DNA of 64,000 nucleotides from a virus. Within the stretch, counting starts at the first letter, position 1, and the number at the start of each line of letters is the position of its first letter. The notes under the pieces are model-generated. The model was not told the origin of the DNA, ran no database searches, and was given only the letters and a program-made list of their open reading frames with translations. Location of the stretch: positions 1 through 64,000 of the IMG/VR virus record IMGVR_UViG_3300022745_000020. One strand, 5' to 3'. The position numbers and the translations under genes are program-made. Shown in pieces: positions 57,465-64,000 of the stretch.

Positions 57465-58642
57465 CCCGCATATTTTCAACCGCGGGGGGTGCTGATTCCA
57501 GAGTATCGCGGCAGCTATTGTACTCGGGTGCTCCTGTATATAGAGATAAGTCTTTTCTTGGAATATCTGCATGGTACCTTCCATGGATGGCATCTACTTT
57601 TCCAGTAGAGATAGATAGGTCCCTTTACTCATATAACCGGTACTGTTTTGTGGCAACGGCTAGCCAACCCAGCGTGGGCTGTAGCTGGGGGTACATCAAT
57701 CGCACACAAGGGGCCTATGACTGGACCTACATGGATCAGTGGGTGAATTACCATGCCAGTAGAGGTGTTGATCTACTGTACTCCGTGGGGGCACCCTGTC
57801 CAATTTGGGGTAATCCTTCGTCTACCAATGTGATTAAATTTATTTATAGTGGTGCAAATATCAACATGTGTAAAGAGTTTCCTGCACCTCAGTACTTCTG
57901 CGATTGGGTGACTCAGGTAGGTACTCGCTACAAAGGTAAAATTAAATACTGGTTGGTTGCAAATGAACCTTTGTTTGCCGGAAACCCTGCATATGAGTAC
58001 GTGGGCACCGCCGCTGATCTGGCGGTATTAAATCGCCTAGCCTATCAAATACTCAAGAGTATAGATCCTAACAACAAGATTATGGGACCGGAATCTAGTA
58101 ATATTGACGACACTAAACTGAGTATATGTATCGGACCTTACATGACAGCCAGTGCTGCCGGATACGATGCTGGATTTGGAGATGGTGCAGGCACCTTCGG
58201 TAAAAACTGGTTGGATTATCTGGGGTTTCATCCTTATACCGCTGCCCCAGATAACAGAGATCAGCCGTATCTGAATGCCATTCCAGATGCCAATGGTAAG
58301 AACAACTATATAAAGCTCAAGGATTATCTAACGTCCATTGGAGTAGGCGGTCTTCCCCTATGGGCCGGTGAGATTATGTACATGCCGACTAACGGATCTG
58401 ATGAATATGCATTTATGATACGTCATGCCGTCATTGCTGCTATCTATGGTGTGGAGAAGATGACTTGGTTTGATACGGGCGGTAGTAATTCCGACTATTT
58501 CAAGAATACCACTGAAGGTGGTCAGGCCCGCACCGCTATAGCGCAGATGATGAAAATCCTTGCCTCTGGTATCACTCAGGTAGACATCATGACCGATAAC
58601 TCCTTGAGAGTCATTACTCTACAAGGCACTTATTACGTGTAA
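57461..58642 (+). CDS. Clan GH-A glycoside hydrolase (GH39/GH5-like TIM barrel)
   Basis: W..I....G.YDW...D..V, IKYW...NEP (acid/base), DY.GFHPY, PLWAGE (nucleophile). Confidence 0.8.
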   Translation: MTRIFSTAGGADSRVSRQLLYSGAPVYRDKSFLGISAWYLPWMASTFPVEIDRSLYSYNRYCFVATASQPSVGCSWGYINRTQGAYDWTYMDQWVNYHASRGVDLLYSVGAPCPIWGNPSSTNVIKFIYSGANINMCKEFPAPQYFCDWVTQVGTRYKGKIKYWLVANEPLFAGNPAYEYVGTAADLAVLNRLAYQILKSIDPNNKIMGPESSNIDDTKLSICIGPYMTASAAGYDAGFGDGAGTFGKNWLDYLGFHPYTAAPDNRDQPYLNAIPDANGKNNYIKLKDYLTSIGVGGLPLWAGEIMYMPTNGSDEYAFMIRHAVIAAIYGVEKMTWFDTGGSNSDYFKNTTEGGQARTAIAQMMKILASGITQVDIMTDNSLRVITLQGTYYV

Positions 58643-58652
58643 CATAAGCAGC

Positions 58653-58685
58653 AGAGCTACTGGGGGCAAAGCCCCCAGTAGCTCT
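58653..58685 (+). terminator. Terminator hairpin
   Basis: agagctactgggggc-aaa-gcccccagtagctct. Confidence 0.75.
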
Positions 58686-58749
58686 CGCATCTTTTGACGA
58701 CTATACTTTTTCATACCGTTTGACTCCCTATTTCTAGAAAGGTAGATAC

Positions 58750-60048
58750 ATGTACTCTCCTGCAAACACTCCCCTACTCTTGGGGGTCTTCCCCACCTCC
58801 AGTGCGATACAGTCTGCATTCCCAGCAGCAGCATTCCCTGGATCTTTGGCATTGGTGGGCGCATCAGCTCCATATTTGATCTATTGGAGTGATGGTAACA
58901 CCTGGAACAACTACGGCACTTCTGCACTGGCTACAGCCGCTCAAGGTGCACTGGCTGCTACTGCCTTGCAGCCAGGTGGTGCATTCACCCAAGCAAATAT
59001 CAATAACTCTACTACGGCAGGAGTGTCGCTGTTTTCTGCAGCGACTCAGGCTCAGCAAAAGACGTTGTTGGGATTGACCTCTTCTGATATCACCGACAGT
59101 GGAGCTTTTGGTAGGTCGTTAATGCAAGCTGCCAATGTCACCGCGGCATTGACTACACTTGGCTCGTCTTACGCACTGACGTTCACCACCTATGTCCTAG
59201 GTCAAGTCGTTAACGGTACTACTTTTGGCAGTGTAGGCGTGAGTACAAAAGCCACACTTGCACTACCTGCTTGGATCACCACCAACGGAGGCTACATCTA
59301 CGTGGATGGTTCAGGAGCTGGTGGTGGTGGATCTGGTGGATCCACCGATACCGGAGGTGGTGGAGGTGCTGCAGCGCGAGCTTGTTACATGTTGCCGATA
59401 TTCATTCCTGCTGGAAATGCAAACATCTACATCCAAGTCGGCGGTGGGGGTCTAGGTAGTGCAGGGAACTCTGCTGGTAACAGTGCTGCTGGTGGTAGTG
59501 GCGGGGACACTTATATCAAGATCGGTAGTGATTCAGGAGCCTATATACTCAGACTCTTGAATGGGATGGGTGGTACCATAGCCACTGCTGGCGGTAAGGC
59601 GGGTGACGGTGGCACCAACGCGAACTACATCTATACTGGTGGTGGTGGCGGTACTGGTGCAGGTAATGGTAGTGGTGGGGGTCCAACCCCAAACACTACT
59701 GCTGCGGCAGACAGCATACTTCCAGGACGTATGTATACTGGTGGTGCTGGCGGTGGCGGAGCTGGTGCTACCGGTACCATCGGGGGGGCATCCGGTTGGG
59801 GTATTGGCCCGTGGGGTACCCAGGCCTCTGGTGCGGGGGCTGGCGGTGCGGGAGGTGGCGCTCCATGGGGTATGACTAGTAACTCCCCGGTATTGGTAAT
59901 GTCAGGTACCGGTGGCACAGGTGGCGATGGTGGAGCCTCCCCCACTGCAGGTACTACCTGTACCGCCTACGGTGGCGGTGGTGGTGGAGGTGGTAAGACC
60001 ATGGCCGGCGGCAATGGTGGTGATGGCTTTCTTCGCATCGGTTGGTAA
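58750..60048 (+). CDS. Shared N-terminal module plus glycine-rich domain protein
   Basis: N-terminal module as in 55828, AAQGALA.TALQPG fibre motif, Gly-rich C-domain. Confidence 0.8.
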   Translation: MYSPANTPLLLGVFPTSSAIQSAFPAAAFPGSLALVGASAPYLIYWSDGNTWNNYGTSALATAAQGALAATALQPGGAFTQANINNSTTAGVSLFSAATQAQQKTLLGLTSSDITDSGAFGRSLMQAANVTAALTTLGSSYALTFTTYVLGQVVNGTTFGSVGVSTKATLALPAWITTNGGYIYVDGSGAGGGGSGGSTDTGGGGGAAARACYMLPIFIPAGNANIYIQVGGGGLGSAGNSAGNSAAGGSGGDTYIKIGSDSGAYILRLLNGMGGTIATAGGKAGDGGTNANYIYTGGGGGTGAGNGSGGGPTPNTTAAADSILPGRMYTGGAGGGGAGATGTIGGASGWGIGPWGTQASGAGAGGAGGGAPWGMTSNSPVLVMSGTGGTGGDGGASPTAGTTCTAYGGGGGGGGKTMAGGNGGDGFLRIGW

Positions 60049-60058
60049 AGGCTGACGT

Positions 60059-61339
60059 ATGTTTTCATTAACTTCTACCCCCCTACTGCTGGGTCCAGTA
60101 ATTGATGCTGCTACACTGCAGACTAACTACCCAGCAGCTACCTATCCTGGATCATTCGGTGTAGTGGGCTCTTCAGCCCCTTATACCCTCTACATCAGTA
60201 CGGGCTCAGCCTGGGTGAACTACTCACTGGGCCAATTCACCACAGGCGCTCAAGGTGCATTAGCAGACACCTCTTTACAGCCAGGTGGTGGGTATTCCAC
60301 ACAGACTGCAGCCAGTGGTATGTCAGCGGCTGGAGCTACACTGCTAGGCTCCATCACTCCAAAGACCACACTGGCGGTAGCTACTGCTGATCTAGGATTA
60401 GGGGCTACTGGAGCTCAGTTGTTTACAGCTGCTACTGCAGCATCTGTGCAATCTACTTTAAATGTAGGCTATACACTAACCGCATACACCTATGTCTTAG
60501 GTCAAAATGGATTTGGTAGTGTAAATACCACCACCACTGCACAGTTGAACTTACCGCCTTACATCCAAACCAATGGTGGCTATATCTACGTGGATGGGTG
60601 TTCTGGAGGAGGTGGTGGATCGGGTGGATCTAATGACTCCGGTGGTGGAGGTGGTGGGGGATCTGTAGCTACTTATATGTGGCCAGTGTATATCCCGCCA
60701 GGGCTTCCTTCGCTCTATATCCAAGTGGGTCGAGGTGGTGCTGGTAGCAGTGGTAGTAGCTCTACGTTTGCTGCTGCTGGCGTTAACGGCGTGGAGACTT
60801 ATATCAAACGGGATTCCTATACGGGTGTATATCTGTGGAGATCACCAGTGGGTCTAGGGGGCGCCGCTCAGAATACGCTGACCAAGGGGGGTAATGGTTC
60901 CGGAAGCTCATCCTACGAATTGACTACCGGTGCTGGTGGTACGGGTGCAGCTAATGGGGGTGTGGGTTATCCGTTATCGACTACTTATAATGGCATTGAT
61001 TGTTTCGGGGTGCCATTTCGTTATACTGGCGGAGCGGGTGGTGGCGGAGCAGGTGCTACTGCCACTACAGGTGGAGGATCAGGTGGTGTCAGTATAGGAC
61101 CTTCTGCCAGTGGAGGATCTGGTGCTGGAGCCGGAGGTGGAGGGGGTGCAGCGCCATGGGGGAACTCCTCAGGTGTGCCAGTGTCTATGAATCTAGGCAC
61201 ACCTGGCACAGGTGGCGATGGTGGAGCCTCCCCCACTGCAGGTACTACCTGTACCGCCTACGGTGGAGGCGGTGGAGGCGGTGGTAAGACCATGTCTGGA
61301 GGAATTGGTGGTGACGGCTTTTTGAGGATTTGGATGTAA
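60059..61339 (+). CDS. Shared N-terminal module plus glycine-rich domain protein
   Basis: Same architecture as 58750-60048, with a 63-nt identical segment. Confidence 0.8.
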   Translation: MFSLTSTPLLLGPVIDAATLQTNYPAATYPGSFGVVGSSAPYTLYISTGSAWVNYSLGQFTTGAQGALADTSLQPGGGYSTQTAASGMSAAGATLLGSITPKTTLAVATADLGLGATGAQLFTAATAASVQSTLNVGYTLTAYTYVLGQNGFGSVNTTTTAQLNLPPYIQTNGGYIYVDGCSGGGGGSGGSNDSGGGGGGGSVATYMWPVYIPPGLPSLYIQVGRGGAGSSGSSSTFAAAGVNGVETYIKRDSYTGVYLWRSPVGLGGAAQNTLTKGGNGSGSSSYELTTGAGGTGAANGGVGYPLSTTYNGIDCFGVPFRYTGGAGGGGAGATATTGGGSGGVSIGPSASGGSGAGAGGGGGAAPWGNSSGVPVSMNLGTPGTGGDGGASPTAGTTCTAYGGGGGGGGKTMSGGIGGDGFLRIWM

Positions 61340-61340
61340 T

Positions 61341-62273
61341 ATGAGACTACCTCCTAATTTAGGTATGGCGACCCTGACTTACGTGTTGGGGGCTACTACA
61401 AACCCTACATCAACACAGGGTACTGCTCTTCAAACCACTATCGACTCTACCACTACTGGACTCACCTCTATCTTTCCCAGAATCACCTCCGGTGGTGGAT
61501 ATATCTGGGTAGAGGGATGTGGAGGTGGAGGTGGAGGTGGAGGTGGTAGTAACATAGGTTCTAACGACACGGGAGGCGGAGGAGGCGGAGGATCTATCGG
61601 TTGTCTACTGATGCCCCTTTACATACCGCCTAATACCACTGCACTTTACATCCAAGTAGGCCGCGGTGGACCTGGGGGTGTGGCTGGGGCCAACGGCACT
61701 TCTGGGGATGAAACCTATATCCGCACTGGCAGTCATACAGGACCTTACCTACTTCGACTAAGGGAAGGTTATAACGGCACTGCTGGTACGTCTAACGGGG
61801 CCGGAGGTACTGGTGGCGGCAATGCGACTTGGGGTACTGGTGGCACTGGTGGCACCGGAGCCGGTAATGGTTCAGCTGGTGCTGCCAACATCTATGGCAT
61901 CGCCATGGGTCGTGGGTATATAGCCGGTGGTAACGGCGGCGGCGGAGCGGGTGCTACCGCCACTGCTGGTGGAGGTGGAGGTAGAAGTCTGGGTACGCAT
62001 GCCAGTGGAGGATCTGGTGCTGGTGCAGGTGGTACTGGTGGCGATGGTATTTTTACTAAGACAGGAACGTACAATGGCTTTGTAGTCATTCAAAGTAGCA
62101 ACGGTCCAGTAGGTGGTGCGGGTGGTGCTTCACCGGCTGCTGCCGTCTATGACTCAGTGCTGCTTGGAAGCGGTGGCGGTGGTGGGGGAAAAGGCTTTGC
62201 GGGGGCCGCTGGTGGTGATGGATGTTTACGTATTTCTTTTCCAATGAACCTTTTAGCGGGATCACCTTTTTAA
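61341..62273 (+). CDS. Glycine-rich domain protein
   Basis: YVLG, GGYIWVEGCGGGG, YIQVG.GG, GGDGCLRI.F. Architecture like 54904-55824. Confidence 0.8.
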   Translation: MRLPPNLGMATLTYVLGATTNPTSTQGTALQTTIDSTTTGLTSIFPRITSGGGYIWVEGCGGGGGGGGGSNIGSNDTGGGGGGGSIGCLLMPLYIPPNTTALYIQVGRGGPGGVAGANGTSGDETYIRTGSHTGPYLLRLREGYNGTAGTSNGAGGTGGGNATWGTGGTGGTGAGNGSAGAANIYGIAMGRGYIAGGNGGGGAGATATAGGGGGRSLGTHASGGSGAGAGGTGGDGIFTKTGTYNGFVVIQSSNGPVGGAGGASPAAAVYDSVLLGSGGGGGGKGFAGAAGGDGCLRISFPMNLLAGSPF

Positions 62274-62383
62274 TGCGAGTACTTTACACTAAAATGCCCT
62301 TTATTACTTGTGTAGAGGTGCGTATGAGCCTGAAATGATCAGATCTGCCGACCAATTTAGCGTATTTTTAATTAAAGGTATCT

Positions 62384-64000
62384 ATGAGCTACTCTCCATC
62401 ACTCAAGGGCGTGTATATCGGTACTTTTGCCACCGAAAAAGCCTTGACAGACTCCGTCAATCCCACCAAAGTGCCAGGATCTTTTGCTCTGGTAGGTACT
62501 GGCCCCTATCGGATCTTATATGCAGAGGGGTCTAATTGGATCGATCATCACCTGCGCACACAAGGCGATGACCTACTCGACGCCAATGGCATATCTGTAC
62601 GAAATAGAATGGATGTCGCCAGGAGGAATTATATCCTCTCTTCACTAGAGGCACCTGTCATCATCCCTCCACGTCTGCAAGTGGGTGCTAACGGCGCTAT
62701 TCAATTTGGCACTTTGGTCTCTGGCACTACCATTACTTTCTCTGCCACCTCTGGCACGGGTGTGACATGTACAGCCAGTGCAGCATTCTTCACCAGTGCC
62801 GCGGTGGATGTGAATAAGTACATTTCACTGCCCACAGGTGAGTGGGCTCAAGTGACAGCTTTCACCAGTACTACTGTGGTAACAGTCAGTATCTTGACAG
62901 CAGGACCTGCCCTGAAGGGTACAGTAGGACCATATTCTAATTGGTATTATGGCCATGGCACAGCTGCAGTGTATGGCCATCCGGGTTACTCAAATGTCGC
63001 TCGTGCAGCTCTGGGTTGCTGGATGTACTTCAAAGCAGGTGCTCTCTATGCGGGCTCAGCTGCAGACACCTATTGGGTGGTGATGCGCAGCCCAATGACA
63101 GGCACTGCTTTCAACACCACGCCAGACAACGGATTCGGTCGCCTCCCATTGGCTACACCACAACGTATCATATCACCGGCTATGGGTGAGCAAGCCCATG
63201 CTGCAGGGGACGTATTCTTTGGAGGGGCTACAGCTATCCCTTTTGGAGCAGTGGGGCCAAATGGAAACGTAATCTGCACCCTAGCGGGCACCGCCTCTAC
63301 ATCAGCTCTAACTAAATATGTTATTCCGTACTATGGAAATAGCAGTTCTGGGCGACCGTCGTCCACTACAGCTGGGGGTTTTGTTCTGAGAACCCGATGG
63401 AGTGCTAGAGGCAGTCACTCTATACTCAGCCCTGCCCAGGGGTGGAGTGGTGAAACCGATGTCACTGGTCATGGTAATGCATCCAACGACATTGCTGGCG
63501 GTAAACCGACATTCCGCATGAAAGGAAATAGCGGTGGTCCAGATGACTATATCACCATTGAGAATCTGCGATTAGAGATCGATCCAGGTCCTTCTGGAGG
63601 TCGAGCTCTGCGCTCACCAGCGACTCTACCTATCACGGTACCTGCCGATTTCATGGGGATGAATCTCATGCAGCCGGGGTATAGCGGTAATGCCCTATCC
63701 CTGGTCAGTAAGGTCGGGGTAAATCGACTGAATCAGTCTCGTGTGAGTATGTGGGCTGCTATAGAGACAGCTGCAGGGGTATATAACCCTACTATACTGT
63801 CTAGTCTCGGGGCTATAATCACCGCCATCAAGGCCAAAGGGGGAAAGATAGCTCTGGGGTTATACGCCACACCTACTTTTTATGCGGGTACTACCCCGCA
63901 TCCTACTTATACAGATGCACAGACCCTGGGGCCATGGGGATATCTTGGAGAGTGCTCCAATCCCACCAGCACCACTGCAGTGGTGAACTTCGTTACATAC
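62384..64000 (+). CDS. Tail-associated protein, 3'-partial: shared N-terminal module plus probable GH-A domain
   Basis: Absent from the ORF track because it runs off the window. Translated by hand, open for 539 codons: MSYSPSLKGVYIGTFATEKAL...PGSFALVGTGPY..., later VPADFMGMN...WAAIETAAGVYN...LYATPTF. Confidence 0.8.
   Translation, partial: MSYSPSLKGVYIGTFATEKALTDSVNPTKVPGSFALVGTGPYRILYAEGSNWIDHHLRTQGDDLLDANGISVRNRMDVARRNYILSSLEAPVIIPPRLQVGANGAIQFGTLVSGTTITFSATSGTGVTCTASAAFFTSAAVDVNKYISLPTGEWAQVTAFTSTTVVTVSILTAGPALKGTVGPYSNWYYGHGTAAVYGHPGYSNVARAALGCWMYFKAGALYAGSAADTYWVVMRSPMTGTAFNTTPDNGFGRLPLATPQRIISPAMGEQAHAAGDVFFGGATAIPFGAVGPNGNVICTLAGTASTSALTKYVIPYYGNSSSGRPSSTTAGGFVLRTRWSARGSHSILSPAQGWSGETDVTGHGNASNDIAGGKPTFRMKGNSGGPDDYITIENLRLEIDPGPSGGRALRSPATLPITVPADFMGMNLMQPGYSGNALSLVSKVGVNRLNQSRVSMWAAIETAAGVYNPTILSSLGAIITAIKAKGGKIALGLYATPTFYAGTTPHPTYTDAQTLGPWGYLGECSNPTSTTAVVNFVTY

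Noticed and set aside
382-58685. CRISPR array
   Set aside because: The palindromes are dispersed singly between genes and are not identical direct repeats with regular spacers. No cas genes.
54040-62273. Diversity-generating retroelement or invertase shufflon behind the Gly-rich repeats
   Set aside because: No reverse transcriptase or recombinase in the window, all copies are in direct orientation and coding, and differences are not adenine-specific.
1-64000. tRNA/rRNA genes and stop-codon reassignment
   Set aside because: No cloverleaf with T-loop/CCA or rRNA-like sequence was seen by eye (tRNAscan not run). Conserved genes are intact under the standard code, and TAA, TGA and TAG all occur as stops.

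Overview
This window is part of a phiKZ-like jumbo phage genome (about 50% GC, standard genetic code). The phiKZ assignments come from motif recognition and gene order, not from a database search. 1-16.5 kb: DNA and nucleotide metabolism. It holds an NAD+-dependent ligase, a truncated thyA stub followed by an intact thyA and a free-standing Zn-finger/PD-(D/E)xK endonuclease, a class II ribonucleotide reductase with two inteins, a lytic transglycosylase, DHFR and dCTP deaminase. 17.6-19.7 kb: a complete lysis cassette (holin-like genes, i-spanin with embedded o-spanin, GH19 endolysin). 21.9-46.6 kb: the conserved phiKZ-type core (DnaB-like helicase, major capsid protein, RNA polymerase beta-like subunit, portal, virion proteins, RuvC-like resolvase, CYTH protein) with small early genes interspersed. 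46.7-64 kb: a large receptor-binding cluster (beta-helix tailspike, long fibre, six glycine-rich paralogues, two clan GH-A glycoside hydrolase-like proteins). The strongest candidate for an undescribed system is a putative ~110-nt trans-acting sRNA at 14221-14326. Its (UG)6 tract and two anti-Shine-Dalgarno segments are complementary to (CA)n translation-initiation regions of several phage genes, which resembles GcvB logic. Other notable items: a structured ncRNA after the ligase, an apparent endonuclease-linked replacement of thyA, a family of about 20 sequence-conserved intergenic palindromes, and a mosaic glycine-rich adhesin array containing a G18 tract.
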